DNA of 63,299 bases, filler included, from Kipferlia bialata (taxonomy: Eukaryota), in the NCBI GenBank assembly GCA_003568945.1. It is 7 parts of 6 records of this genome, joined end to end, with 100 filler letters (N's around TTAATTAATTAA, not from the genome) between each part and the next. Parts side by side here need not be neighbours in the genome. Positions count along the whole stretch, not along the records: positions 21,672 to 32,388 come from BDIP01001366.1; positions 32,489 to 43,205 come from BDIP01001367.1; 5 more parts are not named here. The stretch is one strand, 5' to 3'. The stretch's first letter is position 1. Each line of letters opens with the position of its first letter. Below, in pieces: positions 25,060 to 37,228 of the stretch. Made by a program: the position numbers and the translations under genes. The notes beneath the pieces are model-generated. The model saw nothing but the letters and a program-made list of their open reading frames with translations, made no database searches and was not told the DNA's origin.

Positions 25060-27149
25060 CAGGCATCTGTTTTTTTGTAACAAGGTACATAAATTTTGAA
25101 AAGGAACATTTCGAGATTCAAAATCGGAACTTATCATTCCGTCACAATATATACTTTTCACCGAAATGGTCATGCAAAAACTCTGTTGTATACAAATTAG
25201 ATACCTTGAAAAAGGGTTGACCAAGGGGTCCAGGGGTCTAGTCTCTCGAGGTTTTTGAGGGCCATGACCATCATTTTAGAGCAATACAAAGAGCTTGCTT
25301 GCTCTAGAGGCTCCATCCTTCATCAGTATCGTTGACAACCACCCCAGGGAAAACTTGTTGGGTTCAGGTAATTTTTTACTATGTACTTTTTGCCACACCT
25401 TAGATTCATATACATGTAGGTGGCGTCAGGGTGGGGCTGTGTGCGTGCTGGGTGATTCATAGCCAAAACGGTACCGGTACCGGTGCATTTACCATAATTC
25501 TCTCTGATTGACCTGACACCGTATATGTACTATCCAATACTGCATGCCTGTTTTAGAAGGATGTCAGTCTCTGCCCCCCTCCCCATCTGATCACAGGACC
25601 CCGAGGTCAGGTGGTGGAGTCTTGGTTCTGGCACCAAGTGGTGCAGAGACAAGTTACGCTGGGTTCAGTCGTGGCTGGCCAAGGAGCAGAAGGACCTTGG
25701 CCCCTTGTTCTGGGTGCTGTTCCTTGTGCTAGATGACATCCTTGAGGACTTCAACAACTGCTTCAAGGTGCTCCAGAACCCCAGATCTACCATTGAGCAC
25801 CAGCAGCGTGGGTTCGAGGGACTAGTGGATGCACTGGGTGCCCGCATTGAGTGCCAACTCAACATGGTTGATGCTCCCTTCAATCCCGACCTGCCCTTTG
25901 AGTATATGGAGCGGCACAACAAGTGGGAGGCCAAGACCTCCACTGTCTACCAGTACATGTGCTGCAACAACCTTGTCATCTCTGACCTGCTCGAGGGCTA
26001 CCAGCAGCCCCCATACGATGGTGTGATGTGGAACCCCGCACTCTACGACACCATCAGCCAGGGTGCCCACTTCCTGATGGATGCCATGGAGAGAGTGGAG
26101 AGTATCCACGTGATCAGAGACACCAACAACCAGGGGTGCCCTTACACTGATGCCCCCCCCTGTCTGCCTCTCTCACTGCTCGGTCTCAGTCCTGCCAAGT
26201 TCTCCAACTACGTCAGGTTGTACAGGAAGAAGCTCCTCACTGTGTACGACGATGATTTCATCGACCGCATTGTGGAGGAGGCACGCCTGCTGAGACGGGA
26301 GCTGCAGTCTAGCCCTGACCTTAGGGATAGGCTAGAGGTAGCGGACAACAGGGAGTATGTCACCATTGCGGACAGTGAGGGCAACAAGACCCAGAAGATT
26401 AACTACGACTTCGACACTGCCTGGGCCCCCCTCGATGTTGCCAGGTACCCTGCCTTCTGTGCCTTCGCCGACGGTCTGGGCTCCACCTTCCCTGGCAGCT
26501 CCAGAGTGGAGTTTGAGTTCTCCATCATCAACAGTATCAAGGTATGGTATACAGACACTTCTTCAATCCATTCCGGTGGATATATTTATATATATTCCTG
26601 TAGACTGACACATAGACAGAGTACATGTCCCAGATATCCAACTTTGCCCTCGAGGGCATCATCTACGCCAAGCAGTTCCTGGAGCTCCTGGCTGGCCTAG
26701 AGGCTGCACGGAGGGCCCCCCACTCCATCTCTGACCTCAGTCGCATGAGTGAGGCAGAGGTCGATGTACTCATGGAGAGAGAGTGGTCGGAGGTAGATGT
26801 ATCTGATGATGCAGATGTGATTGCTGACGAGGGAGTGGGAGAGGCAGTTGGGTCTGCTCTACCATCTCCCTCAGACGGTCCAGTGGCTGCTAGTCCAGAG
26901 TCAGAGGATGAAGTGTGGGATTTCTCATAGTTTCTATATGCAATAGACGCAGTGTACATATGAGTGAGTGGCAGAGAGGCCTGTTTTTGTCTATTTGGCA
27001 TGAGGGTGTAGGTGTTTTTGGTAAGGGTGTAGGGGCATGTACCGAGGAACGTTGGAGGTACGTCCGAGGAACATTTCGGGAGTCTGAAAAAGGAACATAA
27101 ATGGACCCTTATGTACCTCTGTACCCCGGTACACAAAAAAAGATGCCTG
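25060..27149 (+). mobile_element. hAT-superfamily DNA transposon, 2,090 bp, probably non-autonomous/internally deleted
   Basis: Left end CAGGCATCTGTTTTTTTGT (from 25060) and right end ACACAAAAAAAGATGCCTG (to 27149) form imperfect TIRs. An exact 8-bp direct repeat AAAGGGTC lies at 25052-25059 and 27150-27157, the hAT-type TSD length. Transposase-like coding sequence lies inside. Confidence 0.9.
25597..26930 (+). CDS. hAT-like transposase, C-terminal half, with an intron at 26542-26615
   Basis: Open frame from DPEVRWWSLG (cf. hAT RW.S motif) to AWAPLDVARYPAFCAFADGLGSTFPGSSRVEFEFSIINSIK. Splicing GTATGG...ACTGACACATAG continues in frame into TEYMSQISNFALEGIIYAKQF, the hAT C-terminal catalytic-E/dimerisation signature. 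An acidic tail runs to TAG at 26930. The N-terminal DNA-binding and first Asp regions are not seen. Confidence 0.8.
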
Positions 27150-27400
27150 AAAGGGTCTTGTCTGAGTGTTTGGCGTACGGGCAGAATAGGGATCTGCATA
27201 GTTGAGTAGTGTGTAAGGAGAGTGGGCTGTATTAAGTGTCAATACCCCCAATCAGTGACAGAGTGTCACGTATACCAGAGTGCAGTGGCAATCCACTGGC
27301 TAATAGTAGTAAATAGTGTATATTGTCGGTGTATTAGAAGGTGTGTTGCTCTATCAATGGGCTTGTCGTTCCACACTGTATAGACTATACAAAGAGTATC

Positions 27401-29440
27401 ATGAACCCAGACCGTTCAGAGAACGGTGAACAGAGTCAATATGTGACTGGGTGTGTCCCTCTCTCTAGGACTGCTACTTGGAGGCCTGTATACACCCATG
27501 GTATCATGGCCTGATGATGCCCGGACCCTCTTCTGGGAGCAGTGCTCTGCCTGGATGAGTGTGGCCCTGTACTCCATGTGCATGGTGGTGTCAGTGGTCA
27601 GAAGGTGGGTGTTGACATGTACCTGTCTCTCTCTCTCCCCCTCCTCCCACACTCAGAGAGGTTCTGACCACTGGTGTACTGTGCTCCCTCCTTGTGTTCT
27701 GTGGCACCCGTGCATTCACATGGGCCCTGCATGGACTGGACTGGTTCACAGACCTGCCGCAAATAGGTACCACATTGACAATCAGTGTGGTCCCAATATG
27801 TGAGCCCCCTCACCCCAGCCCAGCACCTTGTGTTCCTAGCCCCCCTAGGTCCCCTGTTCACTGGGTTCTGCCACACTGCATCTGGGCTATTTGCACTGTG
27901 CCAGATGCTGCCTAGGTATCACATGTCTCTGACTTTACAGGACGGGCTCATATATATATATATATATATATATGGAGTGTATATAATAGGTGGGACAAGC
28001 ATTGGTTCTCTTTGTAATAACATCCCCCCCCCCTCTCTGACCCCCAGGCAGCGCTCCTTCCGCGCGTTCCACATCCTCTCCACCGTCATCATATACACCA
28101 TGATAGGTAGGGGCTGCGGTGGCCACGGCCGTGGAGTACTACAGCTATATATGTATATATATATATATATTACAACACGTACCCCCCCCCCTCTCTCTCT
28201 CTCTCTCTCCAAGCTGTGTCCCTTGTTGGACTACAACTCTCTATGTCTATGTCTATTATTATATGTAGTATCTCCTATCCAACTCCCAGCTGTGTCCCTC
28301 GTGGCCTATGCCCTGTTGGACTACCGGGGTGACCCAGACCTCAGGATGGTGGTGGTGGGGTACGGGGGTGGATGTCTCTCTTTCTCTTTCTCTCTCCCCC
28401 TCTCTCCCCTTCCATTCGAGACTAAGTTGAACTCTCTCTGCCTTCGTGTCAATTCTTCATCAAGTATGGTGTCTCTCTCACACCAGCTGGACCAACCTGT
28501 CCCTGTCCCTCGTGATGCTGTCCCTGGGCGTGTGCATCACTGTGTTTGCATGGGGTGCATACTCAAAGATCAAGAGATACTCCATCGACAAGTGCATGGG
28601 GCAGATTGTGTCTAATAGGTAGCATAACCTTCTGTGTAATAGTCTAATACTCATCTGTACCTCTGGTCTAACTGCTAGGCTTGTGCTCTTCACATCCATA
28701 GGGTCGATAGGCTTCATTGGCTTCAGCCTCGCTCTGGTATGTGTGACTGTATCTCGCTTTCTCTCTCCCCCACCCCACTCTCTCTCTCCCTCTCTCTGTG
28801 TCCTAGACTCTGCCCTCATCTAGGTAGCCTTCTCAGTATCTGCCTAGAGATACCGAAGTATATGATTTGTATATGTTTGTACATAGACTGTGGCACTCAC
28901 CCCCAGTTCATCGAGGGAGTGTACTCAGTATCTCTATAGATGTATATATATATAGTGTTTGTATAGATACTGATCTTCACCCCCAGTTCATCGAGGGTGT
29001 GTACTTCATCAGACACGAGGCATTCATGCACTGGATACACAACGAGTACACACAGGTACATCTTATCGGTTGCTGCCCATTGTTGAGTGGTAGTAGTCTT
29101 TGAGTACCTCTTTCCCACCCATGGAGGCCCTGATCACATAGATATAGTACAGTTCTGAATAGGGTATTTTCCTATCTATCCCCACCCCTCTCACCCCAGA
29201 CCCCACCGATGGAGGCCCTGTACACTGTATTACAGGTGGCTGTGTGCATCAGTGCAGTCCTGATGAGGCAGACAAGGAACGAGACGGAGAGGAAGAGGGC
29301 ATACATCAGGTGTCATACTATTGATATAGATACATATTATCCTAATATAGTTTACTATGTATTATGTATAGTAATTACTATATAACCCCAGGAATGGGTG
29401 CAAGGCATGCACCTCAGTGGCGGGGACAGGGACGGTGTAG
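27401..29440 (+). CDS. Multi-pass membrane hypothetical protein, multi-exon
   Basis: Several hydrophobic exons: WMSVALYSMCMVVSVVR, HLVFLAPLGPLFTGFCHTASGLFALCQ, FHILSTVIIYTMI, MEALYTVLQVAVCISAVLM. Plausible ATG at 27401 and TAG at 29438-29440. Confidence 0.6.
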
Positions 29441-29925
29441 GGTACTAGTAGCAGTGGGTAGTTAGAGTGCGCAGGACACACCATTGCTCCTAGCGATGCT
29501 TGGGTTTCCTATGACGAAAAGGGGGCCTGCTTCTGGCCCGTAACCCAGGTGGGATGGAGTGTCAGAGCCAGTGTGTATGGTTGAGTGTTATGGTTCAGAC
29601 TTGATGCAGAGCCCTCCCCGGTCTATGTGGCAATCACGTCTTCATGGCCTTGCACGAGTGTATGTCTTGTGCAGTGGGAGGGTTCTGGATAGCAGAGTAC
29701 ACACTGGTTGCAGAGGGTCCGGGACAGAATATCTCTGACGAGTGGTATTGGTTTGTATTATTAGAGGCGTAAGTGAGTAGAGCATAGTAGATTTCGTGTT
29801 TACGGCGTTGTAGGTACAGTCTCTATTGACCATCCTGTGTATGTGACATACCACCTCCATCCACTCTCAATCTCCTGACAATCTCCTCTTAGCCCTAGTT
29901 CCACCCTATTCTGTTCTTCTCTCCT

Positions 29926-32314
29926 CTACTCAGTCTCTGTCACTGGCACTGCATTCACTGTGAACTCAACCTCAACCCCATAGTGGTCACTGGGGGTCAG
30001 AGAGTGGTCACTTGAACTGTACGAGGGATATCCATAGAGAGGTATCAGAGTGAGTGTCCCTGACCTGAGCTGTGTGGGTGCTCCCTTCTGTGTTGAGTAT
30101 AGCCGGAAGGGCTCCACCCTAGCAGTGACACTCGTGATGTTGAGACAGGCCTGGGGGTAAGGTGGTGTTTATGGACTTCTCCCTAAGTGTATAGATGCGT
30201 GCTGGCGCATACCCTTGGCACCATGGCCACAGTGGGTGGTGGCTGGAGGGGTGTGTCTGCGTCCCCTGCCTGCTGGGTCACATGGGGGTGGGGGTGCATC
30301 AGGAACACATAGTCCAGTCGCACACAGCAGCCCTGGGGGTCAACGAAATCGACACCAGTCACACAACTAAGACACACACACATAGTATTAGTGTACATCT
30401 TCTTACCTGTATGTCCTGTGCTGTCAGCACCTGCTCCCTGGGTACCAGTCTCAGCCGGTGCTTGTGGGTGCCAGGTATGGAGAGGGGCAGAGACTCAGAG
30501 TCAGGGTCCCCTCCCTCACTCTCTCCCTCTTCACCCTCCACCCCCTCTGGCTCTCTCTCAAACACCACATCCCCAAAGGTCACGGGGTGGCCTTCTAGAC
30601 AGTCGACAAGGAGGTCATCCACCTGGGGTCAGACAGGGAGAGAGCGATAGTGGATACCAGCAGGTGGAGTATGTGGGTAAGACTGAGTCCCCACCTCCCC
30701 GCATGTCCCGAGCAGTGTTAGCAGCCTCTGGTACTCAGTACTGCCCTCAAGGTCAGAGCTGAAGGCACCTGGGTTAGAGACGCATGCGTATATAGACAGA
30801 TATAGAGACTACATATGCGCACATACCTGTGTAGCACGATGGCAGGAGGAGTGCCTTGGCGTCTGGGTCGGGAGGTGAGTCAGAGGCAGTGCCCTCAATC
30901 TCAGCATCGGCCAAAGGGGGTCAGGGAGAGAGTGTATGTATTAGGGCTACAGCTATACGTGCAAGAGACAGAGCGTACGGGGGTATGTATATATTATGCC
31001 TATCTGTGCAAAGAGTGTCCCCACCTGCAGCACCCTCAGGTATGTGACATATATACATATATATACTATGCCTATATGTCCCCACCTGCAGCACCCTGAG
31101 GACTGACAGGTCAGACCCCGAGGGTGATGAGGGGGCACCTGGCCTGACTGGGTCAGCTGGGGTGGACAAGCCCTTGACAGGGTACAGGGAAGGGCACTCG
31201 GCCTGGGGGGTAAGGGACAGAGAGACTGGTATTACTATATATGTTTGTCCACTGCCCACACCTTGATCTGAGTGAAGTCTATCCTGTGGAAGTCCAGTCC
31301 CCTCAGCACGGCTGGCTGGACAACAGAGGTGGACGGGCAGGGGAGGGACCTGGGGTGTAAAGAAGAAAGAGAAAGAGACATAAAGATGTTAAGAAGGACT
31401 ATTCAGAGGATATGAAGGGGGGGGGGGGGTACCTGTCTATGACTGGGACTGTATCCAGCCTGGACCTTGCCAGGTAGTTTATCTCCTTGACCCCGCACTC
31501 ATAGGTGTAGGGGGACGGGTTGGTCTCGAGAGACTGCAGAAAGGCAGCCACACCTGGGGTGAGGGGGCACACCAATAGAAGGGTATATACATGGATTACT
31601 CCTTGTACCTGTTGTTGTTGGGTCCCTGGCCTTGATGGAGTTGACGTTGAAGTCACCAAACAGGAGGACGGGCTCCTGGGGTCAGACACACTCTCTCTCC
31701 TCACACATCCACCCTTAGAGAGAGAGAGATCCTTACCTGTGGGTGTGCGTCCAGCAGTGACGCCTTGATGAAGGCAACCATCTCCTGGGGGTGAGGATGG
31801 GCTGGTATCCATCCTTTACATACTGACTTCCAGCTTCGCATCTGAATACCCTCTCTCTCTACATACCTCCAGCTGCTTCATCCTCACTTTCTTGCTAGTC
31901 TTGTGCAGCTCTTCCATCTCTGTGTAGGGGACAGACCCCTCGTTGGTGTAGGAGGCCTCTGGGGTGAGACGTGATATATGTCATACTTGCCATGCATAGA
32001 ACGGGGAGAGAAGACAGAGAGGGTATGTCCCACCTGTACATTATATTAACCATGGTTACCTGTGTGTGTGTTGAACACGTGCAGTGTCACCATGGATACA
32101 CCATCCTTGGTGGGCACACCCAGCCTGGTGTAGAGCACACCTGGGGTGGGGGAGAGTGGCGGAATATGACAGCGAGAGTGAAGGTGTGTCATTCCCACAC
32201 ACCCTTGCTGCTGTTTGCATCTCCAGGTGACCGTCTGTGCTTGTATGCGTGTTGGGCTGTGCGTAGCATGGGGAACCTGGATGCTATGAAGAGACCCCCA
32301 TCCACGGCCCTAGT
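29926..32314 (-). CDS. Endonuclease/exonuclease/phosphatase (EEP) family protein, neutral sphingomyelinase/Isc1-like; 5' partial
   Basis: Exons carry the ordered EEP/SMase motifs VDGGLFIASRFP, D.NSSKGVLY, LHVFNTHTQ, VLLFGDFNVN, RLDYVFL and TPSDHYGVEVEF. Stop at 29926-29928. Confidence 0.85.
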
Positions 32315-32542
32315 CTGGGGTTAGTGGAGATGGTAAGGGGTGTGGGGGGGGGGGAGAGAGAGACAGAATAAATGAAGAGACCGGTCCANNNNNNNNNNNN
32401 NNNNNNNNNNNNNNNNNNNNNNNNNNNNNNNNTTAATTAATTAANNNNNNNNNNNNNNNNNNNNNNNNNNNNNNNNNNNNNNNNNNNNGAGAGGGTGACA
32501 CTGCCACATGTCTCTCCCCTCCTATCCCCCCCCCCACCCCAG

Positions 32543-33609
32543 GCCGTGTGCTGTCCCACATGCACTGGGTCACCATGGTTGACATCAGCCACAACAACAT
32601 GTCTGTCCACTGCGCTGGGGGTACGGGGGGTAGTTGATAGGGAATATTATTGTGACTGGTACACTTTCTATCTATTTCTGTGACAGCCTCTCTCACCCAT
32701 CAGCCATTGTTATCGGGGCATCTCGGATACCAGCCTTGAAGTCACTATACATAGGTACCGAGTGATGTGAGCCAGTGAGTAGATACAGGCCTCAGACTTC
32801 AACCGATTCTCCGTGTACCTATCAGTACTCACTGTGATATCACTCACCCGTCCAGGTGGCAACTGTGTGGGCAGGGGGGCTGGAGCCGCTCTGCTACCCT
32901 GGATACACGGAGGGGAGGTGCGGCACTGACTGTGTCACTCCCAATCAGATGGTGGATGTTGACGCGTCATCGTGTAGTGATCTAAATGCATTAATTTCAC
33001 CTTTTAGCCTAACCCCCAGAACCTCACTCTGGCCTTCCTCCCTGGTGATGTATCCCAGGGGGAGGGGGACTTCCTGGAGAATGAGCTGCAGACCATTCCA
33101 TACAGGGTGAAACCAGGTGGGCACTGACTATCTATAGGTTCATTCTCTCCCCCTCCCCCTCATCGTCAGGCCACTCGTCGTGTCTCAGACTCCTATGTCT
33201 GCACCCATGGCTCCATGAGCCATACACGCAGGCACTCATGGAGTTGTTTGTGCACTCCAACCCCAAGCAAGGTGAGGGTCGATACCTTGACTTGTAATCT
33301 CTCCACATGCTCTCTTTGATGTGTCTAACCATAAGGGCAGCGCTACTCCGGCCCCCCCATCCACTTTGATCTGGAGGGCCATGTTCTCACAGACGCAGAG
33401 TGCGACACACTCACCTATCTGTTCGAGACAGCGAGGTACATGTGTATATATGCATTTACATTGGCACGAATCCTCCACTCTACCGAATCCCAACCACAAC
33501 GAAGTGCTCACCCCCCAGACTCGGTGCCACCTGCTCTGCCACAGGCTGTACCCCAGACAAGGACAGGCTGGTGCTGCTGGAGGACTCGGCCTCATACAAC
33601 GTGTACTAG
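32543..33609 (+). CDS. Hypothetical protein, 3' exons (5' partial)
   Basis: GT-AG-bounded open exons (RVLSHMHWVTMVDISHNNMSVHCAG; VATVWAGGLEPLCYPGY; ...LVLLEDSASYNVY*). Confidence 0.5.
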
Positions 33610-34589
33610 GATGGGAGATAGTTGTAATGTAATTGCGTGTTCTCCACTGGCTGTTTTCATCAGGCGAGTGTCGAGACACGTGTTTCCTTTAGTTTTGATA
33701 TATAGTGTGTTGTGTCATGTGTTCTTTGTGTTTAATAGACTCTTTAGACATCAACGTAAGAGTGTAAGGAGTAGCTTCTGAGACGATATTTACCCGGAAG
33801 AGCAGTGACAATGTGCCCGTTGCTGGACCCTTATCGGTTCAGGTACCATACTATAGTATATAGTGTATACTACATACTATATACAATATACTATATACTA
33901 TATACTATATACTATACATGTCAGGGTGGAGGCATCGTATAGAACAGAATGATGAAGTGGCGGTCTATTCTTCTGAGTAAGTGTCGAAGTTTGGGTCTCC
34001 AAACATGGCCTCCATGAGAGGATAGTCATTTAGCATCATCTCCCTCATGGTGGCCTCGTCCAGACTACACGGGTCCCTCTTGTAGTCCACCCGCTGCTGC
34101 ATCCTAGTACAGTGGGCCTCCCTTGCCGCTGCCCTCTGCTCCAGTCTCTGCTTCCTCATAAGGCCATGCCTGTCTCCCCAGAGCGGCAAAGAGAGGGAAC
34201 GGAGACCACAGAGTTCCTAGGAGTGAGTGTACTAGTGAAATAAGGCTTCACAACTAACTAAAGGTAGGTCGAATGGGTACTTCTCTGTATATGTCTACAA
34301 GTGCTGAAGGACGCCACATATCGGGAAGTGAGTAATGACGCACCTCACAGTCGATGGACAAGACCCCCGCCTCCATCTCTCGATCCGGTTCCTGATCGAT
34401 GCATTGCTCATACTCAGACGAGAACTCTGAGTCATCGTACTCTTGTGGTGAGACGACACAGAGAGTGTATTCGAACTAATATGTCGAGGACTACATGAGG
34501 CGAAGATACAAGGGCTACTGATACTCTCAGGAAGAATTAACTGTCGTATGGACCAGAAAAGCACCTTCTCCCTTGTACAGGACTAGGAC

Positions 34590-36900
34590 TAGCGTGTCCA
34601 TGCCACAATAACCAAAGGGGGCGAGGAGGGCTTCGTCAAACCTAAGGGTCAGGACTTGGTCTCGTCAAATACACTAATAGTCACTATGCGCACCGGTACT
34701 GTGATACAGTTGTGTTCCAGATCCCAGAGACATGTGATGGAAAGAGGTGCCCCACATAGAGCCACTCGTCAGACACCATGTCTAGCAGGGCAGACTGTAG
34801 TGAGAAGAAAGGTGAACAGAGTAGAAGTGATACCACCTGTACTGTACCGGGCACATGCCTTATCCTGACATAATGACCAGACAACATACACTGATATACC
34901 TCATTGCCTGCCTCGCCAAAGCAGAGGATCTTTTGCTGTGGGAGATGTGGGTTAGGACGGTCGCCGAGTGAGAAACAATCAGCGTTCAACTACTAGTATG
35001 TGGTGTATCAGACATGTGTCAGATGTTTCAAAGGATGCACCACACTCTACCGTACCCCAATGATCTGTCCCGACGGCTGAGAGCCTATGGGTGGACTTGA
35101 CACTGTCCATCTCCCCTGTGCGCGTGTTGCAGTGTCAGTCTCAACCAGTGACAGCGTGACATGGTGTTCAGTGGTGAATATGTGGAGAACGTCGCCACAC
35201 ACTGTGTATCTTTGATTAGATCGATCATTTTGGAGACTACTACTGAGGTTGCTGATGAACCACGTCATGAAAGGGGAGGGAGACCCACCGGTTTGTGTTC
35301 CACCGGGACACGTCCACCTCCCTAGGTATGTCGGGTAGTGGTACCCAGCAACTGACGATGAGTTTACATTGCTATTCTAGGGTCGCCCTACTACGGTGTG
35401 AATCACCGTGAAATCAAGAAGTGAATATAGAGTATGGACTTCTCATATTCAAAGTATATTAGATACATATTGACACCATTCAACTTACGTATCCGCAGGA
35501 TCATAGCAGAACGCCTTGCGACTCCATGTTGGCTCAATGTTGCCCTCCTGTGAAGAGATAGACATGCCACCAGTCAGAACATACTAAGTGAGACGGGGGA
35601 GGAGTCACCCTTGAGATCTTGACACCCTTACTTGTAATTATGAATACTGATATATCGGTACATGACACTCTAGAGACACGTGTACGGCAAGATGAATATC
35701 ACTCACCATACTGTCGAGGCAACACGCAATGCTCTTTCTAGATGGAGGGGGCCAGATGATACCACTCTCCCCAGCTCCACCGGTCCTGTCCCACTGTTCC
35801 ATACGGCCCATGAACTCTTCCTCTGCTTGACGCCTTACACCCGAGAGCTTGGTTTCAATACAGGTCAGAGCACGGTGAATACGCCCATGTAGCTGGATCT
35901 GCTGGTCTGTGACTGTCGCGTTGCAGTCTGACGCAAGGTCCTCATGCAGCCTCCGTCGGGCAGTCTCTACAGCCTGTATTTCCTTGGCCATGCTCCGTCG
36001 GGCTGCCTCATACATCTGTTGGACATATGCCTTTTGTCTGACCCGACGCCGGGCCATGACTACAGCTATACGATCTCTCTGGGGTCAGAGTCCAATAGTG
36101 TAACGTATGAACAGACATGACACCAGTACGATAGGTGCCATTGATACTGGCGTCCGCACTACTTCGTACTAGTATTATACACATATTGGCTGAGTGCCTG
36201 GGTCATCACTGCTTGTCGAACAGCCACTCACCACTCCAGTCCTAGTCCACCTGTGGGTGTCTAACTCGTATTCAGATAGGGTGCCCTGGAGTTCTGTCTG
36301 ACCTGAGACAACCTATGGTCAGTCAACGTGAGGGATGCTGGTAACGGTGGGAACCCATAACCCAGGAAGCAGGGTCATATAGTATAGTTGTCATCTTGAC
36401 ACTCGTGTAGCACATCACTTAGGGATGAATACATCATCTGTTACCCACCTGGCTGCCCCCGAACCCATAGACTCTGCCTCCCACCGTGACATATACAGTG
36501 TCTGGCGTTATTAGGAGGATCCACTGGGAACTCTTCGAGTCTCCTGTATGGCACCTACCTGCCTCTCTCGACTCGAGAGTGGTACTCAGTGTGTAGTGGT
36601 TACTGTCAGCGACATTGCAGCAAAGCGTCACAAGTCCCTGAGGCGTGTGTACTGTGGAATGTGTCGCATATATAGGTGGTGCAATGTCTTCGTAATTCCA
36701 AAACACCACTTTTTACCATACACACATACACACTTGAATATCAAACTAACCTGAGGGAAGTACTCTCTGTTAGTGTCTCCACTATCTTCGTCCACATCCT
36801 GCCATCCCTCTTCATCCATGAGCAGGGCACATCTCTGTCCTATACCAGCCACACATCCCACAGAGTGGCTGAGAGGCAGATCGGAGGTGATTCCACCCAT
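34590..36900 (-). CDS. Cluster of poorly resolved minus-strand hypothetical coding segments (possibly kelch-like family fragments and a short helical ORF at 35638-36057)
   Basis: Segments such as VGCVAGIGQRCALLM, VTVGGRVYGFGG and RYTVCGDVLHIF resemble divergent beta-propeller blades. Exon joins could not be resolved and the region may be pseudogenic. Confidence 0.3.
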
Positions 36901-37228
36901 GCCATATGAGCTAGTCTCCTCAGCATTATGGAGAGGTGTGAAGGCAAAAGGAAGGGGCAGGGGTTTGGGGTCCTGGACATAAGGAAGGAGACACCCGCCT
37001 AGTCAGTGTCGAAGGTATGGAATGGGTGGGACATGCATTCAACATCTACTCAAACGAAACACCTCTCCACGCTGTCCACAGAATTGAACAAGACGATACC
37101 TCTCTGCTTCTCCCTGTCATTGTAAGGAGCGTCTTTTGCCACTCTTTGCTTGTCACTATGCCACTAGAAGGAATGCGCCACTGGTCAAAATTGGGTAGAA
37201 TAACCCTTTATTTCGTTTTTGATTACTA

